This document shows positions 50,026 to 62,823 of a stretch of DNA of 64,000 nt, in pieces. The notes beneath the pieces are model-generated. The model did not search any database. It was not told where the DNA came from and saw only the letters and a program-made list of their open reading frames with translations. Position 1 is the stretch's first letter. Each line of letters begins with the position of its first letter. Location of the stretch: the sequence record OP557969.1. One strand, written 5' to 3'. The translations under genes were made by a program, and so were the position numbers.

Positions 50026-50070
50026 TACTGATATATATGCTATTGTTTTGTTTTAAACAGGAGAACAATA

Positions 50071-50574
50071 ATGCTCATTACGCATGTACCGGAAAGTATT
50101 ACTGAGATTTTAAGTAAAATTAATGTTAATGAATTTGAACGAACAGTTCGAAAACAAGGTACTTATCACTATAAGCACAAAGATGGTGAACATCAAATAA
50201 GCTTAGATCAGAATTATCAAACTCTAACAATTAAAATGGTTACTCGCTGGAATTTTATTCGTAAAGATACTATTATCTGTGATTTTGGTAAAAGACTACT
50301 TAGAAAATGTTTCTCTGAAACAAATGGTATCTATCCAAACCCGAATAGAATTTTCACATATAAATACATCACAGATGAAGATGTACATTTTCAAGAGAGT
50401 TTGGTATGTGATAATAAGTACTTTCCCGCATTTTCAGATAATTTGAAGTTAAAAGAACTATATAACTATTTCTTAAACGACAATATTCAGTGGGATGAAG
50501 AATTAAAACAACGACAGATAGAACGTGAAAAGAAAAAAGTCTGGACTGGTTCACATTGGATGCAACGTAAATGA
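50071..50574 (+). CDS. EExxFQxS-family paralog
   Basis: DEDVHFQESLVCD. Confidence 0.75.
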   Translation: MLITHVPESITEILSKINVNEFERTVRKQGTYHYKHKDGEHQISLDQNYQTLTIKMVTRWNFIRKDTIICDFGKRLLRKCFSETNGIYPNPNRIFTYKYITDEDVHFQESLVCDNKYFPAFSDNLKLKELYNYFLNDNIQWDEELKQRQIEREKKKVWTGSHWMQRK

Positions 50575-50741
50575 CACATGAAGAATGGATGTCTATTATG
50601 AAAGAACGATATGATCTGTTTGGGAATGGATTTCGTGATGGTCATTACGATATTTTACGAGACAAACAACAGTTCGATTTATATGTACTAGATGAGGATG
50701 GAAATCGATGGTTCATATATGAGCTTGCATTTAGGGAATAG
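50571..50741 (+). CDS. MTHxEW-family microprotein (56 aa)
   Basis: MTHEEWMSIMKERYDLFGNGFRDGHYDILRDKQQFDLYVLDEDGNRWFIYELAFRE; close paralog of 49843..50025. Confidence 0.7.
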   Translation: MTHEEWMSIMKERYDLFGNGFRDGHYDILRDKQQFDLYVLDEDGNRWFIYELAFRE

Positions 50742-50751
50742 AAGATATATT

Positions 50752-51044
<293 letters not shown>

Positions 51045-51051
51045 TTTTTCA

Positions 51052-51079
51052 TTGACAACCTCAGTATATTTGCTATAAT
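51052..51079 (+). promoter_or_regulatory. Sigma70 promoter
   Basis: TTGACA-N16-TATAAT, with TG upstream of the -10. Confidence 0.75.
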
Positions 51080-51087
51080 CACTTCAG

Positions 51088-51315
51088 ATGAATAAATCCA
51101 CGAGGTATCCAAAAATGACCAAAGCAGAACTTGTTGCATTATTGGAATCATACCCTGATGATGCATGTATTGAAGTTGTACATACTGCACGACATTTTGA
51201 CATTGAAGATGTAGTACGTTATAATGATAAAGGTGTACCAATAATGGAACTGTGTATTGGTGAAGTGAAAACTGTACCTGAATCGGAAAAACGTAAAAAA
51301 ATTAATCAGGAGTAA
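51088..51315 (+). CDS. Hypothetical protein (start possibly 51115)
   Basis: ORF track; MTKAELVALLESYPDD. Confidence 0.65.
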   Translation: MNKSTRYPKMTKAELVALLESYPDDACIEVVHTARHFDIEDVVRYNDKGVPIMELCIGEVKTVPESEKRKKINQE

Positions 51316-51319
51316 TATT

Positions 51320-51592
51320 ATGCATTTTGAAAAATTCAACACAAGTCGTGACACACGCATTGATGCTCTTTATGAAACCCAAGACTCAATTAGTATTCGT
51401 ACATGTAGTGGTGATGTATATCATGACTGTACTATTGGTTGGGAACAGGGAAGAACACGTAGTGCAGAATTCGATAACTATCGCTTCTACCAAGGGGACA
51501 CCACAATCTGGCCTGAAGACGTAGAAGATATTGCAATTGAAGATGAACATAAAGATGAATTTATCAAATTTAATCCCGAAACCGAATCATAA
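51320..51592 (+). CDS. Hypothetical protein
   Basis: ORF track; AGGAG RBS; N-terminus MHFEKFNTS resembles that of 48211 (MNFIKFNTS). Confidence 0.7.
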   Translation: MHFEKFNTSRDTRIDALYETQDSISIRTCSGDVYHDCTIGWEQGRTRSAEFDNYRFYQGDTTIWPEDVEDIAIEDEHKDEFIKFNPETES

Positions 51593-51606
51593 ATAACGGG
51601 ACAACA

Positions 51607-51722
<116 letters not shown>

Positions 51723-51729
51723 CAAAAGA

Positions 51730-51803
51730 CGGGGTATAGCACAATTGGATAGTGCAAGAGAATTCTAATCTCTAGGTTGGGGGTTCAAGTCCCTCTACCT
51801 CGG
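51730..51803 (+). tRNA. tRNA-Arg(TCT), CCA not encoded
   Basis: CGGGGTA/TACCTCG, AGAGA-ATTCTAA-TCTCT, GGTTCAAGT. Confidence 0.88.
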
Positions 51804-51827
51804 CCTACTTTAATTAAAGGTTAAACC

Positions 51828-51992
51828 ATGACGCATGAAGAATGGATGAATGACATTAATTTTAGATATGCAGGTATCGGTAACTGGAGAAAGTATCATT
51901 GGGAAATCATATCAGACCCAGCAGAATACGATAAACTTATGAATCATGAAGTGTATCCGTGGTTCTTTATTGAAATAATGGTACGATTATGA
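51828..51992 (+). CDS. MTHxEW-family microprotein (54 aa), tandem copy 1
   Basis: MTHEEWMNDINFRYAGIGNWRKYHWEIISDPAEYDKLMNHEVYPWFFIEIMVRL. Confidence 0.7.
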   Translation: MTHEEWMNDINFRYAGIGNWRKYHWEIISDPAEYDKLMNHEVYPWFFIEIMVRL

Positions 51993-52149
51993 CACATGAA
52001 GAATGGATGAATGACATTAATTTTAGATATTCGGGTATCGGTAAATGGCTAAAGTATCATTGGGAATTCATTTCAGAGCCACATCTGTATGATAAACTTA
52101 TCAACGATTCTGCATATAAAATGTACTTAATTGAACTACTGGTACGAAT

Positions 52150-52153
<4 letters not shown>
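51989..52153 (+). CDS. MTHxEW-family microprotein (54 aa), tandem copy 2
   Basis: MTHEEWMNDINFRYSGIGKWLKYHWEFISEPHLYDKLINDSAYKMYLIELLVRI. Confidence 0.7.
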
Positions 52154-52322
<169 letters not shown>

Positions 52323-52325
52323 AAG

Positions 52326-52770
<445 letters not shown>

Positions 52771-52798
52771 GTATCTTAATAACAGAAGGTATATTGAA

Positions 52799-53038
52799 AT
52801 GAGTAAGTATTTTGTGAGTTATAGTTATAATGTATCACGAAAGATTCCACGTGGTGACGGAATGGGATGGTCTTATGATGCATATACTTTAAATGAGTCA
52901 TGTATCATCGAATTAAAAGAAAAAGACCTTGACATTTTAAAAATCAAACAATATATTCTTGATGTTGAATTGGCACATCGTACTGATATCTATCCAGATG
53001 TAAATAACATCAGCATCTTAGTACTAACCAAAGTATAA
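52799..53038 (+). CDS. Hypothetical protein
   Basis: Track ORF 52769..53038; GAAGG RBS before ATG 52799. Confidence 0.65.
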   Translation: MSKYFVSYSYNVSRKIPRGDGMGWSYDAYTLNESCIIELKEKDLDILKIKQYILDVELAHRTDIYPDVNNISILVLTKV

Positions 53039-53044
53039 GATAAA

Positions 53045-53078
<34 letters not shown>

Positions 53079-53084
53079 GAATTC

Positions 53085-53425
53085 CACAATCAGACGTATA
53101 TGGTGTAAGTTACGTCGATGCAATCCAGAACAAGATCTCTGGTACTCTAGGAAGTGGTTAATGTTAACCTAGACGGGTTTGATAATTGGACGATAGGCAA
53201 TTATTACTTGACTAGCAGGTTTAAACTAGAGGTGACTATCCTTCACCAAACTGGAAAACCGGATGGACTTTTATTTAAAAGGGTAAGGCGTGGAAATATG
53301 TTTACAGTAGTTGCTTTTAGTAGCCTGTACGCCCCACGTCAAGGTAGCCGAAAGGCAAGTTAAAACGGGTGGTTATAAAGCTGAATTAACAGCGGCGTTT
53401 AAAAGCGTCACCATCCATTTTTTTT
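53085..53425 (+). ncRNA. Candidate ~340-nt structured ncRNA
   Basis: Own promoter, at least ten helices, GAAA tetraloop, possible kissing loops, terminal three-way junction and U tract, no RBS-backed ORF. Confidence 0.65.
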
Positions 53426-53441
53426 AATTAAAGTTGGTGAT

Positions 53442-54080
<639 letters not shown>

Positions 54081-54153
54081 CTTTTTAATTTAAAAGTACT
54101 TTACTGTAGTGTTTAGTACCGTATAATGTAAACAAAAGGATAAAATAAAACTC

Positions 54154-54678
<525 letters not shown>

Positions 54679-54700
54679 TTAAAAAATCAGTACTTTATTA

Positions 54701-54914
<214 letters not shown>

Positions 54915-54917
54915 TCA

Positions 54918-55085
<168 letters not shown>

Positions 55086-55106
55086 TTCACATGATATAGG
55101 GTACAC

Positions 55107-55364
<258 letters not shown>

Positions 55365-55380
55365 ATAAAAAGAACGAAAA

Positions 55381-55645
<265 letters not shown>

Positions 55646-55653
55646 AATTGACG

Positions 55654-55704
<51 letters not shown>

Positions 55705-55721
55705 TACAACCGACAATGACT

Positions 55722-55788
<67 letters not shown>

Positions 55789-55963
55789 GAAGAAACTGCT
55801 AAACAGCTTGAAGAACTTTGTAGTGCTGCACCGATGCCGACTCTTGGCTTAATCAAGTTGATGCGTCGAAATAAGAAAAATTTAAAATAATACAGTAAGA
55901 TGGCCTCCCCTCCATATCATGAGAGTATAGAGACTTGTTGGTTATCTTACTTTTAAACAAACT

Positions 55964-56037
55964 GCCTCAATAGCAAAATTGGTAATGCACACGTTTTGTA
56001 AGCGTGAGATTTTTCCGTTCGAGTCGGAATTGGGGCA
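55964..56037 (+). tRNA. tRNA-Thr(TGT), CCA not encoded
   Basis: GCCTCAA/TTGGGGC, CACGT-TTTGTAA-GCGTG, TTCCG-TTCGAGT-CGGAA. Confidence 0.88.
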
Positions 56038-56054
56038 CAAAATAAAGGCACACT

Positions 56055-56471
56055 ATGACATACAATATTGTTAAAATGGTGAACTATGTATTAAAAAACA
56101 ACTCATGGTCACTGCATGATGTACAATTAGAAGATATTGGTGAAGTTAGAGTATTTTGCTATGATGAAGAATTGAATGAAACCACTGATTTGAATAAATG
56201 TTTTAATATTTTTCTTGGTTATGAAATCAATGATCATTTTTATTCATTTGATGTGTATTTTGAAAAAGTTAAAATCAGAATTTCTAATGTAAATAGTGAT
56301 TATTTTGACACTAGAATTGAATTGAATTTTGACGATATTGATACTGAAGAAAAATTCTTTCAGTACTGCCTCGTAAACGACCTAAATGGCTTGACATTTG
56401 AGGACATTAGTGCTATACTTAAAGTTCAAAGATTGATTCCAGAAGAGGTTTCAAATCCGTTTAATGACTAG
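56055..56471 (+). CDS. EExxFQxS-family paralog
   Basis: TEEKFFQYCLVND. Confidence 0.75.
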   Translation: MTYNIVKMVNYVLKNNSWSLHDVQLEDIGEVRVFCYDEELNETTDLNKCFNIFLGYEINDHFYSFDVYFEKVKIRISNVNSDYFDTRIELNFDDIDTEEKFFQYCLVNDLNGLTFEDISAILKVQRLIPEEVSNPFND

Positions 56472-56829
56472 TTTAATAACTCGTATAATGCAAGATGTTC
56501 ATAGGAATCTTTATACTGGTAATTTTGATGATCCTAACATAAAAATATTATGTTATGATGGGTTCACACTAGTACACCCATTAGAATCTAATAATATATA
56601 CATAGCATATAATTCACCTAATCTTTTGTATCAATTTGATTTATATAGTACATTAGCGAAAGTAATCTTAGATGTTTCTAAGGAGCCATTTTTTATTGCA
56701 GTACGTGATTTTGAGTACACAGAAGAATCATTATTCCAGTACTCGATGATAAATGATATTGGTGACTTGACATTAGAAGAAATAAATGCAATAGTTGGTG
56801 TGTGTCGTTTGATTAATACCCACAATTAG
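56464..56829 (+). CDS. EExxFQxS-family paralog
   Basis: TEESLFQYSMIND; close paralog of 56055. Confidence 0.75.
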   Translation: MTSLITRIMQDVHRNLYTGNFDDPNIKILCYDGFTLVHPLESNNIYIAYNSPNLLYQFDLYSTLAKVILDVSKEPFFIAVRDFEYTEESLFQYSMINDIGDLTLEEINAIVGVCRLINTHN

Positions 56830-56838
56830 GAGATTCAT

Positions 56839-57030
56839 ATGTTCTGGAATTTATTATGCTTGTTTGGTCGTACATTAGTTCTTGCAATTATTCATACACC
56901 TGGCATTCGTAATTATGTTTCTTATGAATTTAAGAAAAATTATCACAACAATACTGAAGATCGTGCAACTAAGATGTGCAAAGACTTCAATGTAGATGTT
57001 CCACCATTCAAGAAGTACGAGGATGAATAA
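56839..57030 (+). CDS. Hypothetical protein
   Basis: ORF track; AGGAG RBS. Confidence 0.65.
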   Translation: MFWNLLCLFGRTLVLAIIHTPGIRNYVSYEFKKNYHNNTEDRATKMCKDFNVDVPPFKKYEDE

Positions 57031-57314
57031 TGGAATTTATTGTTGCACCTGATGAACTAAAAACATTCACGTTCCGAGACAATAACAATTATCCTTATAC
57101 AAATCATTCATTGAATTCATTACATGTTATTTCAATCATTGCATCTGAATACAGAGACAATCCATGTATTGATTTTAAAACCACTGATGGTGAATATACA
57201 TGGGTGATCCCAAAAGATAAATATAGTTATCAAGGGGCAGTAGAAATTCGCGACTCGATTCTACAGCAAATTGAAGATGGACATACTCATCCTAAACTAA
57301 ACATTCAGTACTGA
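57030..57314 (+). CDS. Hypothetical protein
   Basis: ORF track; GAGG RBS. Confidence 0.7.
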   Translation: MEFIVAPDELKTFTFRDNNNYPYTNHSLNSLHVISIIASEYRDNPCIDFKTTDGEYTWVIPKDKYSYQGAVEIRDSILQQIEDGHTHPKLNIQY

Positions 57315-57464
57315 AATCGCTTATCAGAATAACTTCTAATAATAATTATTTTTCTCTACTATCTAACAGTATTTTACAAGAATTCTGTATTTTTGAAGTT
57401 GATTTTTGAACTTCTTATATGTTATACTTACGGCTGATTCAATTATGAATCAGCCTTTTTTCTT

Positions 57465-57896
57465 ATGAGGATTAATATAATGAATAGAGAAGTTATTAGT
57501 TTAATGGATGAGTATATAAACCAAACGCATCGTTTGATATTTTTAAATGAATTCGAGTCCAGAACAACGTATTATTCTGGAGAATATGAGATAACGACTG
57601 GTTCATTTCTGAACGGATATATGGAGTTTTTTGAACAAAGCGATAATGTTTTTATTTCCATATCTGAAAAACATGGTGATGGTTGTGTTATTGATGTATG
57701 GCCCAATAAAGTAGAGATTGATACTTCACACAAAATTGTAATTGATGTAGACGAATCATTATATGATTTAACTGAAGATATGTATATGCAGCTAAATTTT
57801 GTATATGACCTAACTAATATAAGTTATTGTAATTTAAGTAAATTATTTTATATTTGTGGCGTATTACATAATAATACACAACAAAATAAAGGATAA
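57465..57896 (+). CDS. EExxFQxS-family paralog (likely start 57480)
   Basis: TEDMYMQLNFVYD. Confidence 0.65.
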   Translation: MRINIMNREVISLMDEYINQTHRLIFLNEFESRTTYYSGEYEITTGSFLNGYMEFFEQSDNVFISISEKHGDGCVIDVWPNKVEIDTSHKIVIDVDESLYDLTEDMYMQLNFVYDLTNISYCNLSKLFYICGVLHNNTQQNKG

Positions 57897-57904
57897 ACAT
57901 TTAA

Positions 57905-58309
57905 ATGTTGAAAATTCCACAACAGGCATTATCTATACTAATTGAAAATGGTGTAATATTTTCTGAAGGATGTAGTTCATTCTATACATGTGATGTGGAC
58001 CAGTACACATTTGAATACCGTTCATTTAAAAATACATTGAGTGTTTCATGTGAAGCTTCTGACAACATTGTACTTGTCGTTTCTTTCTATGGTGTACCAA
58101 AATTCTTCATTGATATATATTATGATTCTTTTAAGATACAAACATACGACCATTTTCTTGGTGAAGTGCTCTTGCAAATGCCAATTGAACATGTTACTAT
58201 AAATGAAGATATGTTCTTTCAGCTATCTACTGTATATGATATGTGTGGTTTGACATTTGACAACATTAATGGTATTTTTGAAATTGCCAGAACCCTACGA
58301 GGAAGATGA
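57905..58309 (+). CDS. EExxFQxS-family paralog
   Basis: NEDMFFQLSTVYD. Confidence 0.75.
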   Translation: MLKIPQQALSILIENGVIFSEGCSSFYTCDVDQYTFEYRSFKNTLSVSCEASDNIVLVVSFYGVPKFFIDIYYDSFKIQTYDHFLGEVLLQMPIEHVTINEDMFFQLSTVYDMCGLTFDNINGIFEIARTLRGR

Positions 58310-58718
58310 TATGGTCAAAATTTTAAGTGACAATACAGTTGATATTGTTATTGATGTACTTGAAAACAGTAATACATTTGAGAAGAAACACAGTACTGTA
58401 TACTTCGGTAAAGATTGTTGGCTGAACTATACATCTGATAGTTCATTTATAATTCATGTTGAAAAGGGTGATATTGGATTAACGATACATGCTTCCTATA
58501 ATAAAACAATCACTGTTATTGCCAACAAGCCAAGTACTTCTGATTTCTGGGATATAATTGATGATTGTGATCATTTCATGTCAACATTCTATAAAACAGA
58601 AGAAGAACATTTCATGGATAGTACTGTTCGAGAATTACAAATTCCATTTAAATTAATGAAAGCGGTAAGGGATTTTATTTCAAAATACAAAAAAACAGGA
58701 GTATGTGATGCAATTTAA
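58257..58718 (+). CDS. EExxFQxS-family paralog (likely start 58311)
   Basis: TEEEHFMDSTVRE. Confidence 0.7.
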   Translation: MTTLMVFLKLPEPYEEDDMVKILSDNTVDIVIDVLENSNTFEKKHSTVYFGKDCWLNYTSDSSFIIHVEKGDIGLTIHASYNKTITVIANKPSTSDFWDIIDDCDHFMSTFYKTEEEHFMDSTVRELQIPFKLMKAVRDFISKYKKTGVCDAI

Positions 58719-59169
58719 TGGTAATGTTTCTAAAGTTGCTTTAGTATTTGAAAATTGTGAGTGTGTGTATATTGATGTAAAAGATGTTTTATGGATGCAT
58801 ATTGGTGATGAGAAGACACTTTGTAGTCGTTTTTCGAATGGGCTGACAATTAGTACTGGTATTGGTGAGTTTGGTATTGCGTTGCGTAGTAATACCCCAG
58901 CGGATTTCATGGACAACACCACACTGTTGGAACGTTTAAAAATGCGTGACGTTACACATGTTTATCTATATGATAATCAAGACGTAGAACGTCATTATGT
59001 TGTTGAATGGTCAGATTATAACATGAATGGGCAATATTCAGTAAACCAGCGTGTACAAATTACGCCAGGTGGTAATATTGTATTTGTTAGTACAACAGGT
59101 AAATTAATCAACGTAGATGATAAAAATATCGATCTATTTACATCATACGATAGTTATAATTTGAGGTGA
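58705..59169 (+). CDS. Hypothetical protein
   Basis: ORF track; AGGAG RBS. Confidence 0.7.
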   Translation: MMQFNGNVSKVALVFENCECVYIDVKDVLWMHIGDEKTLCSRFSNGLTISTGIGEFGIALRSNTPADFMDNTTLLERLKMRDVTHVYLYDNQDVERHYVVEWSDYNMNGQYSVNQRVQITPGGNIVFVSTTGKLINVDDKNIDLFTSYDSYNLR

Positions 59170-59173
59170 TATT

Positions 59174-59536
59174 ATGAACTTGTGGATATTTACACTTATT
59201 TGTTGTATTACTATTGTACTTTGTCGTCTAATTCATGTATACTCATATCATAAAGCGTTACGTATTGAGCAAGAGACTTACTTAAAAAAACAGCCACCGA
59301 AGAAGTTACCATCACCGTATGGGTTGAAACGTGAAATGCACTCCAAAAGCAAAGAGTGGGGATATGCAATCACAAAAAATGGGTATATTTACACAGCGAG
59401 TAATGGTTATTTTCAAATTCACCACAAATTAGAGGTAGCAGTTAAGATTTTGTGGGAAATGGAGGATATTGGTGGTTATGAGCGTACTAAGTTTGAATAC
59501 ATATCAGATGATCCAGGAACTTCACGAGAAACATGA
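59174..59536 (+). CDS. Membrane-anchored hypothetical protein
   Basis: N-terminal TM; GAGGT RBS. Confidence 0.7.
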   Translation: MNLWIFTLICCITIVLCRLIHVYSYHKALRIEQETYLKKQPPKKLPSPYGLKREMHSKSKEWGYAITKNGYIYTASNGYFQIHHKLEVAVKILWEMEDIGGYERTKFEYISDDPGTSRET

Positions 59537-59683
59537 TATAATTATCGATGTTAAGAAGAAGGAAGTTGTTATGAAAAAACAAGAATATCGCATATTAGAT
59601 CACTTCCATCTAAAAGCATTTATAATGAAGTTCTGTACAGATGAACATCTTACTGGACGAGTAATACGTAAGGAGTTGTAAAA

Positions 59684-60025
59684 ATGAACTTAAGTTCAAC
59701 AATTCAGTTTTTGAGCAATAACTTTGATAGGATCATATCTCGCGGTGGGATGATTGTACATCCTGATACAGACGAAATGTACATCATTGGATTTGATAAA
59801 AATTCTTATGATCAAGTGCTTGTAATTTCAAAGTTAGAAAGTTATAATGAAGTCGTTCAGTTTTGTTGTACCGAATTTGGTATATACATTAAAGATGCTG
59901 AAACAAATACGATTTCACATTATTTTTATCACACACTGATGGGTACTAAAGACTTCGGATTAAAGTTTGATGATTTAGTACAATGTCATTATATGTTTAA
60001 AACCTTCCCTGTTAGTGGTCACTAA
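59684..60025 (+). CDS. Hypothetical protein
   Basis: ORF track; AAGGAG RBS. Confidence 0.7.
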   Translation: MNLSSTIQFLSNNFDRIISRGGMIVHPDTDEMYIIGFDKNSYDQVLVISKLESYNEVVQFCCTEFGIYIKDAETNTISHYFYHTLMGTKDFGLKFDDLVQCHYMFKTFPVSGH

Positions 60026-60039
60026 GGAGTGTATCAAAT

Positions 60040-60825
60040 ATGAACAACATTTTCTTCAAAACTATTTCTTTCAAAAAAGAATCTTACTCATATTCCTATG
60101 TTGATGGTAATGTGCTTAATATTGTTCTGAATGGGGTAGATGTTCCTGTGAAATTCGACTCACATGAAGAAGCAGTCGATGGGGCAAAAGAATTGAATTC
60201 AATTCTCAATGGTGAAGATAGTCAAAAACAAAAGGTAAAATCAGATTTAGATGCACTTTTGGAAAAAATCAAAAGTGGTGAAGTTCTTGAAATTTTAGAA
60301 AACTGTAATGAAAAACTACGTAAAGTAGTCAATGATGTTCATGACCAGATTCAAGAAAAAGCACTAGACCAAGCCTTTAAGCATGTATCTAAAAAAGCTG
60401 AATCACGTATTGATAATATGGTCAAAAACATTGATGATGTACTTTCACATCTCTTTACCAAAGAATACGAATGTGACACAGACGAGCCAGTTACTGAATC
60501 TAAAAAAGAAAAACGCAACTTTGGTTCAAGTGATGATGTATTTGGTTTTTCTAATGTACGAACAAGTGCAGATGAACCAAAGGAAATCAGTGAGATGCTC
60601 ATTGGTGACATGACAACAAAGCAACTTCGTAATGAAATTGACAAGTTTGTTACTACATCTATCAAATCTGAACGTGCACAAAATATGTTCAAAAGTATCA
60701 GTGCTAATTTTGGTACTGAAGCCACCGAACAAGCACTAAATGCATTTAAAGAATTGATTTATAATGTTGCCATTCGCAATCCAGAAAAAACACTCGAAGA
60801 AGTCCTACGAGAAAATTTCAAATAA
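60040..60825 (+). CDS. Hypothetical coiled-coil protein
   Basis: ORF track; AAGGAG RBS. Confidence 0.75.
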   Translation: MNNIFFKTISFKKESYSYSYVDGNVLNIVLNGVDVPVKFDSHEEAVDGAKELNSILNGEDSQKQKVKSDLDALLEKIKSGEVLEILENCNEKLRKVVNDVHDQIQEKALDQAFKHVSKKAESRIDNMVKNIDDVLSHLFTKEYECDTDEPVTESKKEKRNFGSSDDVFGFSNVRTSADEPKEISEMLIGDMTTKQLRNEIDKFVTTSIKSERAQNMFKSISANFGTEATEQALNAFKELIYNVAIRNPEKTLEEVLRENFK

Positions 60826-60837
60826 TTAGATAAAAGT

Positions 60838-60866
60838 AAAGCCACTACACTGTAGTGGCTTTTTTT
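60838..60866 (+). terminator. Intrinsic terminator
   Basis: AAAGCCACTAC-ACT-GTAGTGGCTTTTTT. Confidence 0.8.
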
Positions 60867-60970
60867 ATTATTCGTTGTAACCATCAAATACAGGTGAAAT
60901 AATATTATCTATATCATAAACGATAATACTACATCCACTAAGCTTATATCTTCCCCCGATATAATTGTTC

Positions 60971-60998
60971 TTGACATTTATTCCACCATTGGTATAAT
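60971..60998 (+). promoter_or_regulatory. Sigma70 promoter
   Basis: TTGACA-N16-TATAAT. Confidence 0.65.
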
Positions 60999-61079
60999 TA
61001 TTATAACATATTTATTAGGTATAACAAAAAAGTGCTTGACTGGTGCATGACAAAATGCTACTATATAGTGAATGAATAA

Positions 61080-61679
61080 ATGAGGTGTTTTTTTATGAAT
61101 GTTATTGACGATAGACTAGTACTGAAAAATGGAAAAATGACTGTTAAGTTATATAAAGACGAAGCTGATTCATTCATGGCAAAAGCTATTGAAAAATCAG
61201 AACGATATAAATTATTAGCACCTGCTAGTAAATCACCGTATGGTTTTAATCATGCCCATAGTCATTTTGTAGGAATGGTTTGTGAACATGCATCTTTAGT
61301 TCTTTTTAATGAAATTGAAAATAATACTGGTATTAAACTTAATATTGATCCTGCATTTCAAAATGATGCACGCGATGGGGAGTGTGATATTAAGGTAAAC
61401 AACCTTCGTATCGAAGTCAAAGGTATTAAGTATAAATCATGGACCGACTTTGGACCATGTGTCAGTACTCGACAGTTGAAAAATATCCAAAAAAAAGCTG
61501 ACGTAATATTATGGGTATTGTATAATGAGAAAAAACAAGAGTTCACTTTTGAGGGTTTCAACTATGTGAAAGATATTAGTTCTATCCCAGTTGTACTCAC
61601 GGGTGTCCCAGGCAGACCAATGATTGAAAATCATCCAGTACTGAGTATTATCAAACCACTTCAGGAGTTACCGTTATGA
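61080..61679 (+). CDS. PD-(D/E)xK-like nuclease (likely start 61095)
   Basis: GMVCE..CDIKVNNLRIEVKG. Confidence 0.6.
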   Translation: MRCFFMNVIDDRLVLKNGKMTVKLYKDEADSFMAKAIEKSERYKLLAPASKSPYGFNHAHSHFVGMVCEHASLVLFNEIENNTGIKLNIDPAFQNDARDGECDIKVNNLRIEVKGIKYKSWTDFGPCVSTRQLKNIQKKADVILWVLYNEKKQEFTFEGFNYVKDISSIPVVLTGVPGRPMIENHPVLSIIKPLQELPL

Positions 61680-61903
61680 TTACAGCCACTGTATACCAAG
61701 ATATCAATGAAAAGTTTAATTCCAAAATTGCATTTTTACAATTCCCAGTTATCCCACCAGTTGGGGCAACATTAAATCTAACCATTTGTGGGTTTGAAAA
61801 ATATTACGAAATTCTAGATATTGAGTACTGTGCTGATGTGTATTCATGTAATAGTGAATTTGCCATTCCGGTATCAATCGATATTATCGTTAAAGAGGTT
61901 TAA
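61676..61903 (+). CDS. Hypothetical protein
   Basis: ORF track. Confidence 0.65.
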   Translation: MITATVYQDINEKFNSKIAFLQFPVIPPVGATLNLTICGFEKYYEILDIEYCADVYSCNSEFAIPVSIDIIVKEV

Positions 61904-61906
61904 AAT

Positions 61907-62362
61907 ATGTTTAAAAATTTTATTGTTATTGTAGCAGTACTGTTTGGTGCATCATGTTTTATTACACCAGTACATGCAGAAGAACAACGTCAAACTATTA
62001 AAACTATTGGTACTGGTAAAACACCACCTAAACGTACTGCGGAAGAATACATGCCGGAAATCCGTGAGCGTTATCGTCAGACATACAGGGAAAAACATGC
62101 AAATGACAAACCAATCAAAAAGCACAAATGGGAAGTAGTTAAATCCCCTTCATTTTGTGCTGGTTATGCAAAGGTAAAGGTTGAACAACACAACAACCAG
62201 TACTATAAGGATATGTATTACTTCTATGACTCCAGAATTTCTGACACTGATTTGATGGCAGGGAAGGTTGATAAAGAAGAATTTCTTCAAGGTTATGATA
62301 TGATGGATGATGCTAAGATCATGGAATGTGTAGATGTGTATGAAAAATATAGAGGGTTCTAA
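61907..62362 (+). CDS. Secreted or periplasmic hypothetical protein
   Basis: Signal-peptide-like N-terminus ending VHA-E. Confidence 0.7.
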   Translation: MFKNFIVIVAVLFGASCFITPVHAEEQRQTIKTIGTGKTPPKRTAEEYMPEIRERYRQTYREKHANDKPIKKHKWEVVKSPSFCAGYAKVKVEQHNNQYYKDMYYFYDSRISDTDLMAGKVDKEEFLQGYDMMDDAKIMECVDVYEKYRGF

Positions 62363-62823
62363 TGATACTACTAGTATTATTATCAAGCCCGTTTGCTTAT
62401 TTTATTCTGTATAATATTTTTAGTAATGCTCATCATTTTAAATACGCACAAACAATTGCAAAACATGAAGGATGGTGGCATTATTTTCCAGCACTACTGT
62501 GTTCATATATGTTCAATGAACGCTATTTTATTTTTCCAGAATATACAAAGCACTATTATGATACTAAAATAAATGGCATAATTGAGTACTGTCTACGTAA
62601 TTATCTGAATAATACAGATAATGTTAAAGTGAATTTATTAAATGGAAATTCACCAAGAATAGTCTGTACGTCTTACATAGAAGACCCCATTTACTTATAT
62701 CTATATGATCATAGTATTTCGGTTCGTTGTTCTATGCGTAGTAGTTGTGAGTACTTTATCTTACCACCTACACAAATAAGATTAATAGAAAAATACTTGA
62801 AATTGATTGACAAAAAAGATTAG
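62362..62823 (+). CDS. Hypothetical membrane protein
   Basis: ORF track; hydrophobic N-terminus. Confidence 0.6.
   Translation: MILLVLLSSPFAYFILYNIFSNAHHFKYAQTIAKHEGWWHYFPALLCSYMFNERYFIFPEYTKHYYDTKINGIIEYCLRNYLNNTDNVKVNLLNGNSPRIVCTSYIEDPIYLYLYDHSISVRCSMRSSCEYFILPPTQIRLIEKYLKLIDKKD

Noticed and set aside
53154-53363. 69-aa GTG-start ORF
   Set aside because: No RBS, and it runs through the helices of the structured RNA; treated as spurious
53085-53425. Identification as tmRNA, RNase P RNA or a group I/II intron
   Set aside because: No tRNA-like ends or tag ORF, no GAGGAAAGUCC/CAGAAxxCGGC boxes, no interrupted host gene and no recognisable catalytic core
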